A stretch of 64,000 nt of DNA, taken from contig RDEW01000065.1 in NCBI GenBank assembly GCA_011109175.1, forward strand, positions 81,984 through 145,983, given 5' to 3'. The position numbers and the translations under genes are program-made. The first letter of the stretch is position 1. Every line of letters begins with the position of its first letter. The stretch is from Dicyema japonicum (Eukaryota > Animalia > Dicyemida). Shown here one piece after another: positions 25,440 through 38,170 of this stretch. The notes under the pieces were generated by a model. It was given only the letters and a program-made list of their open reading frames with translations. It did not search any database and had not been told where the DNA came from.

Positions 25440-26365
25440 AAAAACATCATTTTACATATTGTTATCGTGGAAATGTATTAACAATTGGTCGGATGGTGAG
25501 CTGATTATGTAGTTCGGGTACACTATGACATAGTTCTAGTACGCTTAATGTGTTTCCTCATTGTAGAACTAACATCTCATTTCTTTTCCTCGGGAGACGT
25601 CGGATTCACCAATATCTGACTTCGAATTCTGTTTTATAACGAAATACGACCATGGCAGATAATGAACCTACAGTTATCTATTCAGTGTTCAAATTGCAAC
25701 CAAATTAACACACGGAAATAAGGCCTTACCTGTTACTCATGTAGAAATATCCTTCATCTTACCAGCCTTAGTCTCCAAGACCCCCGTACGCACGCTGGAA
25801 ATATGGCATTGCACCCATTTCCTCGCCCTCTGAAAAGAAAAGCACCAAGTTTTTAGACTTTCTCCATCTTTCGTTTATATAACTCCATCCGTTTGACCTC
25901 GACAATCTCTGCCTTCATGATAAACCCACTTGCCTAGGTGACCCGGCGCTACCTTGAGCAGATGCCGGAATACTTACCAGTCGTTCGAGAAATCTGATGT
26001 CAACAACAAAAATCAGCTCCCATGGTCACTGAACGAGAGACCCTCAAGTATCAAATACAAGTTTATTCAGAGCATCCTTTCAATCCTAATTAGTCATACC
26101 TTGGCAATACTTCTGTCTCCAAACGTTAGTTTCACTAAACTTCTTAATAGGAAAATATTGACCCAAGAAATAAAATTTTATCATATTTTTTGACATAAAA
26201 TAATTTTTACTTTATGTATTTTTCCCCTTCACCTGCGAATCTCTGGGAGCGTCCACTCTTGACTGTGACATTCTTGAATTTCGAGAGAGGAGGGATTTGC
26301 TGTCTGGAGCCATCTTCGCAAGCCAAGACAAATGTGTTTTGACAGCCACCAACAAGTTATAACAT

Positions 26366-26760
26366 ATGCTCGACAGACTCAACGTAGAATTCTTACTCAA
26401 TGTCTACGACCATAGAGAAATCCTCGACTTTTCTCTTTGGATCATAATTATTCATCCAACTTATCTTGAAAGGAGAAGAAATTCTATACAAAAACTCAGT
26501 CAAGGTTATAGAGTAACTTTTGACACATTGATGACTTTCAGCAAACATGTATTAATTGTAATCAGTGCGTCATCACGAAAATTGAACTTCAACTCACAGG
26601 GGTTATGACAAAAGCAACACCGTTCGAAATCCTCGTGAATAAGTGGAGTACCGTATTCATCCATCACGGAAAATCACCTAAAAACGGACATACAGAAAAT
26701 GCGTCGGTTCCCGAGAGAAACACCAGGTTCTAAGAAAAGATTCCGGGATCACCTAATGAC
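26366..26760 (+). mobile_element. L2-like 3' remnant
   Basis: LGVTFDxLMTF-like segment and a GGGATCACCTAA terminus. Confidence 0.55.
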
Positions 26761-27883
26761 CTTCCATCATAATTAGTTAATATCATGGTGAATATTACTG
26801 CGCTGGTTATGATTTGTGACAAAATTGTGTCAAATGCTAAGAATTATGATAATAGGCAATTTAAGAGAACAAGTAAACTCTTGATTGTCGAGAAAAGGCA
26901 CGTGATTAGCGTCCTCGATGAAGGTTTCGTTTCAAACCTACTTGGGAAACCGACATGTGTTAATTGTGAGGATATCCCATTGAATGCTGGAAGATTAGAA
27001 ATAGCTGATTCCAATGTGGAGTGAAGGAATAAGGATGGATAAGCTGGTAATAAATTTTTCTGAGTGGAGTGATTGCTAGCGATTATTGCCTCAGGGTCTA
27101 TGAATTAAAAGAGAATGTCCCATCTAACTAAGTGATCCCATGCGGCCATGGAGGAGCTCAAAACCGGTGGGGCAGACACCATGAAACACGGTTGCCAGTG
27201 ATTTAGATAGTTGACTAAAATTAAATTATGTTGTATCGATTAATTCACTGAAAATGTATTATTTGACTTAATGAAAATCAATTTATTACGAATAAAAGTG
27301 ACCAAATGCTCATATAGCGGCTTCCATGACTGCCCGATATCTTTCTCAGGATGGCGAGAAAGATTCGCTCAAATGACTAGCAGCGCTCACAGAGGGTCTC
27401 CTGATCGTGTAGAAATCCGATTTCCTAACTACTCAAGAAATCCAGCGTCACAGGCGCCAGTGGAACGAACAAAAAATCATTGGGTAGGACTGTGTATTTT
27501 GACTAAAAAAGGAATTTTTGACGTTTTGACATTTGCGGTTTAGGAAGATATGGAGATTAAATTACCCATTAAAGTGACGGAATATGCTTCGATTCTCTTT
27601 AAGAAATCATCATGACTTATTGCGGAAACCTCCTAGTCTCTAATAACAAGCAACATCCAAAAGTCTCCGACCTGATTCCTGCTGTCCCATTTAAGATGAA
27701 GTGAATTTCTTAACTGACACAATAAAGGCAGATCCCACCAAGAATCGTAGTTATTTCAGTCAGGACTAGGAAAAGTAGTGGCCTAGATTAGATAACTCAT
27801 ATTTAAACATGCCAGGGCACGTGATAGTAAGAATGCCTAAGATATTAAAAAATCAATAGGGATTAAAACCAAGTGTTATCTAG

Positions 27884-28280
27884 TTAGTCCGTCTTATCTT
27901 TGAGGTAACTGGAAAAATAACAGCTATAAATACTTGTAGTTAATAAACCTCCCCAGCTGAGCAAGTTGGACGACCTCGTTCGTGAAGTGACAGGAGAACA
28001 AAAACATATTCCTTGGTTGAACAGAGATCGCAAATCTCATGAATAGCATTGAGTAAAAACAGAGAGCTGTAGTCATCTTCCCTGAAATATATTCTGGCGA
28101 TCTTCTACAATCAGATATTGCAGCCAAAGGCAGTCCCCAGTTGGCAACTAAGAATAATAAGCTCTTCTACCTGGTCCCCAAAAGTGCTACAAATAATAAT
28201 TAAATGTCAACCGTGCTGGTGATCCAATCGCGAAATTCCTTTGTCTTTGCGTATTTCACGGCCGAAATCAAAAACGACAT
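27884..28280 (-). CDS. MPC1: Mitochondrial pyruvate carrier 1, about 107 aa, 4 exons
   Basis: Introns 28187-28211 (25 nt), 28148-28170 (23) and 27909-27933 (25), with a 16-nt micro-exon. Spliced protein: [107 protein letters not shown]. Confidence 0.95.
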
Positions 28281-29269
28281 AGAATCAAATAATTTTATCG
28301 CGAATTTATTTATTATATTTAAAATTTGGAATTATTTTAATTTAATTATAATATTTATTTTATAGACAAAAATATCAACAAATGGTACACATTTAGTGGA
28401 GACAGAATTTTAAACTGATATGAATATTTGATTTGTTATCATCATGAAATACCGATATAATTGTCGATTGCAAAAAAATTATAAAATTAATCGATCACAT
28501 AGATCACATCGTAAATCGATGATTTAAAGCTATTTTTATTAAGTACGGGGTAACACGCTTCGCTAACAGCTTGAGATATTTTGACGTCTGACATTTCAAT
28601 TGTCGGTTTCTTACTCTTTTTTTACAAAAATGACATTTCATTGTTAAAATTATTAATCATTTTAAAGATCAATTATCTAAAGAGAGTGGTCGGAGGTTGA
28701 GATTGCATTGAATGTCTACTTTGCATCATGGTGGATATGACCCCTTGTTTTTCCTTCTCTCGTGAATATGAACGAGATGACGGACTTAAGAAATATCTGA
28801 AACCCTAAAGTCCTGATTAAAGGAAGTGTCGGATCCAGGAGAGTCACCTTCATAATTTCATGTGTTTTAAAAAGCAACCCGTAAAGGAGTAGTAGTTTCC
28901 ATCATTAAACCTCAGCTTGGGCAGAACTCGCACTTTAAGAAGTAAGAACAGTCATGCTAACTAATCAGAAGCAATTATTTCAAGAAAATGTTCTTGATTT
29001 GTTCTTTTCTTCTTTTTGTGTGTGAGTCCTATAAGACAATCTGGTTTCGCAGTGGTGAACAAATGATCACGGCATCACTCGTCAATTTTGTCCGGAACTT
29101 ATTACACTGCGCATCCTTCTTGCATGTGTAGGGTAACAGTTACTACCATCGTCTGGGAAATTGACTACTTTTTTTTGACAGTTGGAGCTTGATTAGTTGA
29201 TAATGGTTTCTGTTTCCAAACAAATTTGATTTTACAAACAATAGCTGACTCATTGAGCGTAAAGAACAC

Positions 29270-29400
29270 TTAATTAAAGGAGTTCCCTCTGACAATAGCT
29301 ATCAAGATACGCTCTCGAAGCCATCCATTCTCAGGTGGATCCTTGGTGACTTTTTGGATCATCAAGCCGATTAGACGGACTAGATGTCCGTTTGTCGGCC
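29270..29400 (-). mobile_element. CRE-like 3' remnant
   Basis: Homologous to 12320-12400 (TKDP..WLRERI..IVRGN). Confidence 0.6.
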
Positions 29401-29599
29401 AATGATTCCTGACTCAGCAGCAAATAAGACAAACAACACTATTGTTATTTCAAAATTATCAAAATAATAAAAATAACCAAATTTCAAAGTAATTTTAAGG
29501 CATTACGCTTACAAATAGTGTTAATTCGACTTTAATTTTAATCACATGAATAATCTTTCATTGGACACACTCCATAGATTTATTTAAACAAAGAATCAA

Positions 29600-30560
29600 T
29601 GACAAATTTAGAGGGAGTACATGGCCGTCAGTTGATCCCGGCAAGTTCAATCCAGTTACGGATTTCACATCTTGCATGTGGTTATTCAGTTGGATTCTAC
29701 CTGTTTTTACACGGCATAAAGACGGATGATAATCAAGACTTCCTGCAATTATTCTTTGAAGATGACCTTATCATCGCTTTCCTTAAGTTGTTTCCTTCTT
29801 TCTTATTTGGACTAATTAGTTAGGAATGCTTGTGCTGGGTTTACAAAAAATTGTAAATAAGTATGCTCGTCTCCATTGATATCAAAAAGGACAGGACGCT
29901 GTGGAATAATTTGTGCGGATCATCAGATCTAGATGGAGTTTTCTTCCAAACTGAGTGCACCAAGTTCCCACTCTCTCCAGAAACCTCCAACTTACCTGCT
30001 ATTATTCTATGAAAATTACATTATTGTCGCAACTTAACCGCATAATCGTATCTGCCATTACTCAACTAAAGCTGGATTTGTTGTACGACTGATCGACAAC
30101 CAACAGTATCGGCAAAAAAATCAAGAAACACACAATTTACTTCGAATTGGGCATGCAAAGAACACAGAATATCATTGATCCTGTGTGTACACCGGCTACA
30201 AGCTCCCTTACAATTCCCGTAGTAAGAGATTGGTCAACTTCACGGCTGATCATTCATTTTATCAGTGAACTTGTGCTGTGTCATGGCAAACCATTTGTAA
30301 CCGAGAAACTAACAACAACATCATCCTCTACATGATTTTATCTCGAACTATTTCCCGCATTCCACCTAAGTCTTACCTTTTTATGAGACACCTCCCAATC
30401 TTTTGTAGATCTCCATCTAGGATCATCAGTAGGTGGGCATCCATTAAACAAAAATTCTAGACAATTCTTACATGACTCCCAATTGTAATAATATTACTTT
30501 ACGCAGAGCCACATTAGCTATAGCTCCTCAAAGCAGAACACACAGTTATTTAAGTAAAGA
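29600..30560 (+). mobile_element. Highly decayed L2-like RT fragments
   Basis: Scattered ILP..KD, SIDIKK and LSYS-type remnants with many stops. Confidence 0.4.
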
Positions 30561-30999
30561 ACAGTTATCATAACTAATCGATGAGTTCTTTAAGAATTAA
30601 GACCTCATACATATCGCTCCTAATGTCTCGGAAATAATTGCACGGAACGGATACTGATCGAGAAGGCCCGGAAATTCATCCCTTTATCCACCTTCCTTTT
30701 CTCTGCAGTGGATAGTGCCTTTATTCTGGTGCAGTTGATCCGGAGATTATATTTAAAGAAATTGAAGGTCAAGAGAATATTTTTAAATTTAAATTATAAA
30801 CTAAATTATTATAACAGCTTAAATGGATTTTAATTCCAAAAATTTAAACGACTATAAAATGCAAAGAACTTATCTACCTAAAGACCACGTGACCCAATAA
30901 ACGGTCAGCTAGTGTTTGAAAATCGGCAAAACATAATTCAAATGGAAAATAAGTTAAATTTAAATATTGACATCAAAGGATTGCTTCGTCATAGTTTTC

Positions 31000-31706
31000 T
31001 TACGAAAGCGAGTCAATTTCGAGTAAATATAAGGGATCCTTGAATGAGTAAATGAAATACAATTTCAGGAAGACAAATAAGACAATTACGGAACCAATGA
31101 CTCCAAGAGCAATGTAAATATTCCTGATCGTGTGATCTAAAAATAAATAGACGTCAAACTTTCTTTTTCAGCATCTAAATATATAGAAATTTTATACAAT
31201 ATTCGCAGATAAATGTGATAGTCTCACCAGGATTACAATAGCAAGTAGTCCACTTCCAAGATATTTCCCTTTTGAGGCATAAACAACTTCCACGAGAGTA
31301 CGTTGAATCCCCCCAATTTTCGTAACTTAGTAACGGATGATAATCTCCTGTTCTACTCCAAAGCCATTTTGCTAGTTCCGGAATAGGTAAATCCATATAG
31401 TATCCTGCAGTATATACGAGGTCAAAGTCATTGTTCACCTTATCCAATAAGTTGCCAACAAAGTGGTTAATTTTTGCATTTGTAATCGCAATCTAAAAAT
31501 TATTTTCGCTTATACCAGGTTCCCCTTGGTAAATGCACAAAAATCTCTGGCATCAGCCCAAGATTTGTAATCTTTATAAAGTACGTAGCAGAGTTTGTCA
31601 AGCTGGTTGTGAAGGCCAGTGCCATTAAAGTCTCGATTGCATTTAGAGAGAACTTAATAGTATAATTTTTGATACCATTGATAATAAAAATAAAAACCAC
31701 TAACAT
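31000..31706 (-). CDS. Type I membrane C-type lectin-like domain receptor, copy 1 (204 aa, 5 exons)
   Basis: Four 23-nt GT-AG introns (31653-31675, 31493-31515, 31175-31197, 31137-31159) and a 15-nt micro-exon. Signal peptide; CYVLYKDYKSWADARDFC..GNLIAI; WLWS..NWG..CLCL..WKWTTCYC..FICE; TM helix; short tail. Confidence 0.92.
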
Positions 31707-31999
31707 CAGTTTAGATATTGCGATGTAATAAATATAACGATTTTATATTATTTTATTGTAAATGTTTGCCAATAAAAAATATTTTTATTATATATTTTAA
31801 GATTATATAAATTCGATAGTTTTATATATAAATTTGACCATTAATTAACAAAGTAAACCAATAAATTATTTAATTAAGCGGATTTTAAATCTTTACCAAT
31901 AGTTTGAGTTTTTAAGTATCGTCAAAGAAGTTAAATTTCACATACCATTGAAGAACAAAAAAATTCGTTATTGTTGTTGTTACCATTAAACAAGTTAAA

Positions 32000-32200
32000 C
32001 AAATCTTTCAATTAAGTTTGGCTGCTCGCAAAATTGAAAACGCATTTCCCCTCACGATTTGCAAGGAAATGCGCTCAATGAACCAACTCTTCTCTCACTT
32101 CCCCTTTATCTCATAACAATAGTGATCTTTTTTTAATGAATCCTAATGTTTCTATGTAAGATAGTCCAAAAATGAAATTTCAACGGAGACTATTCCTTAC
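32000..32200 (-). mobile_element. CRE-like 3' remnant
   Basis: ETLG..WFIERISLQIVRGNAFSIL*. Confidence 0.55.
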
Positions 32201-32929
32201 CTAAACTAGAGGGGTTCCCACAAATGCGGATATGGACAGAGTTTCTAGATATACCAAATTAGGCGTAATTAACTCTTATTTATTCTAGTATATCCTGGGT
32301 TATTAAATACAAGTAAACTGTCGTCTTTGGGTATTTTAACTAATTTTGATAATTAAAGTTAATTAAAAATTGTTATTTGTATAGATATGAATGAGATTGC
32401 CTCTTGGGATTGAGTAAGTATCCCTTTGAGATTAAAATCTGAGTCATTGTTTCGCTCATATATCCGCACATGATTGTATTTGATTTAATTTATTTTCTCA
32501 ATCATAAGCCACTGTTAAATACTCAGAACTAAGTAGGTTATCCTAACACGTTCCAACAATGTACTCTGCTTGCCATGGTTGCCCTCTTTTGAATCCACAT
32601 AAACGCATAAGAGAAATGACCAATAGAACGACATCTCGCACCATTTTTAAGAATTAATGACTTCAGAAATGTAAATTCTAAGCCGTTCCTCATGGAAATT
32701 CACTGCCCGTTTTTTTAGAATTTTATTAAATTAATAGCTCATATGTGTATTTAGCTCGTAAACGAATAGTTTTACTAAAAAATGCGATAATCATGAACTA
32801 ATGTGATCCTTGAAGCTGATGACTTTTAGCATTTCAATATCAGTTTTGATTAAAGTCGAATATCATCTCACAAACTTTCAATTTTTCGCTCATTTCTCCA
32901 CAAACAATTAAATGAGCTTCATCCGTTAA

Positions 32930-33300
32930 ACAAGATATAAGTTGGAAAGTACAAGATTATCTGAGAGATCGAGGTCCACAATTATGTAAACTGTTCTTTA
33001 ATCTTCTAATTCTGCCAAAACTGAGAAATTGAGGTATACTAAAAGTTAATTTCATAAAATGTATTATTTTTGAAGTCTACTAATTCCTCTCTTAATTCAG
33101 ACTCAAATTTTAGCGAACCTTGAAAACGAAAAAGAAGCTCAGTTTTTGGTGATGATGAGTGTGATGTATAAATTTTCAAATTAAAATCGAATTCAAGAAA
33201 GTGACAAATTTCATTTCCTTGGAAATTGTTTTCCTTGTGACGCATTAAAATTCCATACAAAGAACAAATCTGTCCAATGCATTTCCCTTTGATAATAAGT
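32930..33300 (-). mobile_element. hAT C-terminal remnant
   Basis: Paralog of 19380-19620. Confidence 0.5.
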
Positions 33301-33449
33301 CGATTAATTTGTAAACCTCAGTGAAATAATATACGTTGCACGTTTCTGCATCAATGCAAAATTTCATATAATAATAGGTTTATAGTTTTTAGGGCAATAA
33401 CTCGCTTACTATGAGCTGTGCTTTTTTAACCCATTCACCACACTAAATT

Positions 33450-33640
33450 ATTTTGCCCCCAGTGCTTCCAGCTCTGTCTCTCGCAAGTAACCTTGGCACA
33501 GATCTGCTCCCTCCATTTAATGGGTGGTCTAGCCTTTTACGTCAATACCTCATAGATAATCTGTGCTGCTACAACACTAGGGAGATGTGACCCAGTGACC
33601 CTACTGGCTCAACCATCCTTTGAAGGATCTTGCAGGTAAC
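33450..33640 (-). mobile_element. R4/Dong-like N-terminal remnant
   Basis: Close nucleotide similarity to 41470-41640. Confidence 0.65.
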
Positions 33641-34328
33641 TCTGCGGTCTTCGAGGGAGACATTTTCCATTGCACCGAGAGTCCACGGTTTTTTCAAAGA
33701 TAAACTGCTATTTTTGCAATTTTTCAAAAATTTGTTAATTAATTATTTTTTTGCTACTCAAATTTGAATCAAGGTAGTCTGCGGTTTTCAACTCCTATTA
33801 AGTATTTATATTCGAAATAAACTAATTCGCGTTAAAACTGAGAACCAACAATTCTTTTGAATTTGACAATTTAGCATTAAAACTAATAATTCAAGGTAGT
33901 TATAGATCAATTGAAATGGCACCTAGCCGTTCCAAATCCTTGAGGAATAAAGATTTATCTTGGCAATAATTGCACGGGACATGAACCGATCGACAGTCCA
34001 CTGGAATTTCTCCCCTTTAGCCTTCTCATTTTTTGAAACTGATTGTGGCTTCACCTTGGATAGATGATCTGATCATATAAAGTTAAAAGGAAATTTAAAT
34101 TCCGTTTAAGTAGCAGAAGCCATTGTGATGCAACGTGCATCTATTATTAAAAAATTTTTTTAATTCCAATAATTTGAACGACTATAAAATACAAAAACTC
34201 ATCGACCTAAAGACCACGTGCCTCACTAAAAGGTCAGCTAGTGTTTGAAAATCGCCAAATCATTATTCAAATGGAAAATAAGTGAAATTTAAACATTAAC
34301 ATCAAAAGTTTGCTTCATCATAGTTTTC

Positions 34329-35036
34329 CTACGTAAGCAAGTCATTTTCGAGTAAAAATAAGGGATCCTTGAATGAGTAAATGAAATACAAATTCAGGAG
34401 GATAAATAAGACAATTACGGAACCAATGACTCCAAAAATAATGTAAATATTCCTGATCGTGTGATCTAAAAATAAATAGACGTCATACTTTCTTTTTCGG
34501 CATCTAAAATATATAGAAATTTTATACAATATTCGCAGATAAATGTGATAGTCTCATCAGAATTACAATAGCAAGTAGTCCACTTCCAAGATATTTCCCT
34601 TTTGAGGCATAAACAACCTCCTCGAGAGTACGTTGAATCCCCCCAGTTTTTATAACTTACCCACGGATGATAGCCTTCTGTTCTACTCCAAAGCCATCCC
34701 CCTTGTCCTGGAACAAGTCTTTCCACATAGTATCCAGCAGTATAAACGAGGTCAAAGTCATTGTTCATTTTATCCAATAAGTCACCAATAAAGCTGTTAA
34801 TTTTAGCATTCGTAATCGCAATCTAAAAATTATTTACGCTTACACCAAGCTCCCTTTGTTATTTGCACAAAAATCTCTGGCTTCAGTCCAAGATTTGTAA
34901 TCTTTATAAAGTACATAGCAGCGTTTGTCAAGCTGGTTGTGAAGACCCGTTCCATTGAAGTCTCGATTGCATTTAGAAAGAACTTGATAGTATAATTTTT
35001 GATACCATTGATAATAAGAATTAAAAATAATAGCAT
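34329..35036 (-). CDS. Type I membrane C-type lectin-like domain receptor, copy 2 (204 aa, 5 exons)
   Basis: Introns 34983-35005 (23), 34823-34845 (23), 34504-34527 (24) and 34466-34488 (23). Same architecture as copy 1; upstream and downstream flanks are also duplicated. Confidence 0.92.
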
Positions 35037-36196
35037 CAGTTAAAATATTCTAAAATGAATCTGACTATTTTACATTATTTTATTCTAAACATGTTTGCCG
35101 ACAAAAAATATTTTTATTAAATATATTTTAAGATTAAAAAAACATATTTTTGTGGTGTTTTCATGTACGTTCTACTGGATTAAATGCTTTTGCAAAATCA
35201 AATAACAATAATTGTATAGCGGAGGCAGGAAAGTCGTCTCTCGAGCTTAATGATCCTATTGTCGAAAACCATAATGTTGATGATCATGTCGTCCCAACCA
35301 ATTTATGTTCCCTTCCAGTTATTGTCGAAGATGTTACTTTTGTCTCTGAAGCTGGATGAGTGAGATAGTTTATGCTGCAAAACAAATGCTTGGAAGATTC
35401 CGAGAGATGTATAGAGTCTTATCCTTCATAAATTCAATGCGAAATAGTCTGGACTAACTGTGCGTATTTGGGTTTACTGTAAAAGTTTAGACGCTAAACA
35501 CGTGGTTAGAAAATGTGAAGAAAATTTCAGTTATCAACTCAATTGGAACTTGTCAACTGCTATTCCAGACAAGTTCTCCCTGCTTCGAAGAGGCAAAAAG
35601 TGATGGATGTTCTTTGTTGTTATGGATACAGATAGTCTAAAAACGAGAATTGAGGTTTTATTACAGACCAGATCAGAATTCATAAAAAACTGTCTGCATG
35701 TTCGTATAAAGTTTCGACAACATAGTCATCAAGAATGGTATTTGTTACATTTGCATAAGGAAATTTTAGCTGTAATTCCATTTGTGCCGCGTTTTTATGA
35801 TCCGAGATATTAGTCTCTCCCATCCTCTCCTATTCGATACTAGACTCCGCAGACTGAGGTCTTCCGTCTGATCCCCTTTCCGTGTGGTACAATACAACCT
35901 TCGCATTCTTTATCATTTCAATCGCCCGCAATAAAGAGAAACGAGGAAGACTTCAGGTGAGATACAATCTTGGCAAGTTTTTCGTAAAAGCGTCCAAATT
36001 TTCCAGGTTTTTATAACTATGTGGGGTGCACACATATTAGTTGTCTATATTTCCCTCTGGGTCCAATGAGTATTGAATAACCCTAATACGATCATTTATC
36101 TTTCAAAAGCAATGTAATCCGGAAAATAAATTCTTGTGCACAGGGAAACCCTTTCCATAGATTTTGCAGTCCGATGGGAGTTGGATTACGCTATTG

Positions 36197-37720
36197 CAGG
36201 GGTGTCAAACATGCGGCCCTCATGCGGACCTTATTATACATAAGTTACGGGAACCCCCAAGTGATGGGGAAAAGTTGGTGGCTCTTTTCGTTCCTTTCCG
36301 GAATGGATGACATCTTTTGCGGACTTTGACAAGCATAAGTGCGGACCGATTTAATGACTATAAAAACACAGAATTCATTTTGTTATTTTTTTACATTACA
36401 TTTTTTTTACATGATATGAAATGAGAGTGTTTCAATATAAATGGTAACTTATTTTTGCACAACGGTTGATGGAAAATATATTGTTTGATATGCAACCTGT
36501 TAATCGCTATACCGAAAGACTACAACCTAACAAGACATTACCAATCATATAAGTTGATTATTAACCAAGAAGGTCCAATGGGGAAAAATTAACTACGTTA
36601 CAGACTCAATTCGAAAAACTGCATCAGTTAGTGCAAGCTATGAAATCAGCAGAATGCTTGCAGTGATTGGAAAATCATATTGCGATGGTTATTTCATCTA
36701 ACAATGCCTTGTAAAACAGCAAAAATTATTTGTCCAGACAACGCCCACTCGTTTAGATATTTCATTGACCAGAAACACTTGCCAAACTCATTAATGAAAT
36801 GTCTTTGAAACACCACTAAAGTCTGAATTTTTAAAATTTTACTATTTTTTAATTTCGACCGATGAGACAGTCGACGTTGTTGGAATTGCACAATTAGCAA
36901 TGTTTGTTAGACCCCGTGATTAAGATTTTAATATTTATGAAGAATTTCTCGAACTGGTACCAATGCACGATACAACTAAAGATATTTTTGTGAAACGACT
37001 ACAAATTCTCTTTGACTGTTTGATTGAAGAAGTCTGTATGTTTTTGCCCCGAAGGTGCTCAGAATATGTTGACGATGCTGTTGTTGCTGCCAAATTGCGA
37101 ACTGAAATAGAAAAGTTAAATCCCGGGTCATCATTGTTCACTTTATTATTCATCAGCAAAATTTGTGTTAAAAATTTTAAAAGTGGAAAATACGATTAGT
37201 TTGGTTACAAAACAGTAAACTATATCCGAAATCATTCCCTCAACCACCGACAGTTTAGTAAACAGCTGATAGATATGAATAACCAGTTCATGGACATTTT
37301 TATACTCCAGTTCGCTGGTTATTACTTCACAAAGTAGTTAAAAGATTTTATTTGTTGAGACTGGAAATAATTCTGAAAGCCAAACACAGACGAAATGAAG
37401 AGGAGATGAAAGCTTACAAATGGAACTCTTGGAAATCAAATCAGATTCTATACTTAAAGCTAAATATTTGGAGGTTGAAATACCTGCTTTCTTTTCATAT
37501 TTTCCTGGAAAGTTTAAAAATAATTTTGCGACAGAAATCATTTTTGTTTGGTTCGACATATGTGTGTGAACAGTTTCTCCATTTATGAAATTGACAAAAA
37601 CTGCTCAAATAACAAGACTCGCTGATGAAAATTTATCCGCTTTAATAAAAGTCGGAACTACACGAATAGCTGAACCTGACTGTCAAAAAAGATGTCAAGT
37701 AAATCTCACCAAAAATAAAG
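36197..37720 (+). mobile_element. hAT (SPIN/Buster, GTF2IRD2-like) transposon remnant with left TIR
   Basis: TIR-like CAGGGGTGTCAAAC at 36197-36210; transposase pieces QLAMFVR, RWFITS and FLFGSTYVCEQF. No right TIR found. Confidence 0.7.
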
Positions 37721-37837
37721 GGTGGTGATTGAATAAGTTTCTCTTATCTTTCGGTTTTCATTATAATAAATATATTATATTTTTTACAATTATGAAATAA
37801 AATCAATAATATAATTAAATTAACACAGCCAATCTTT

Positions 37838-38170
37838 ATGCTTAGACAAAGATTACAAAGACTCGAAGATAATAAAATATTACACCGGCCCCCTCCTCCA
37901 ATATACAATCAAACCTCTTTTCCGAGGGACGTCCGAGAATACGATGTGGGCACCACCCCTATCTACCAACATACGATATCCTCTGTCCCTTTCAACCTCT
38001 ACGTGTTGACAACAAAATGCCTATTTGAATGTCATGAATTAGCACAACGTTCGTCTACAATTCCGGGACAGACCGATCTATGGGAGTGACCAACATATGC
38101 TGCGTCCTATTTAATAGCTGCTGGCCTCCTACAAATTAGTGAGGGGGTTACTTAACTAACCTAACTAAAA
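37838..38170 (+). mobile_element. L2-like 3' remnant with TAAC tail
   Basis: Homologous to 7150-7350; ends in CTTAACTAACCTAACT. Confidence 0.6.

Noticed and set aside
27270-27620. Short frames hinting at a zf-C3HC/BIR or Harbinger protein
   Set aside because: No consistent spliced model and no complete motif on either strand.
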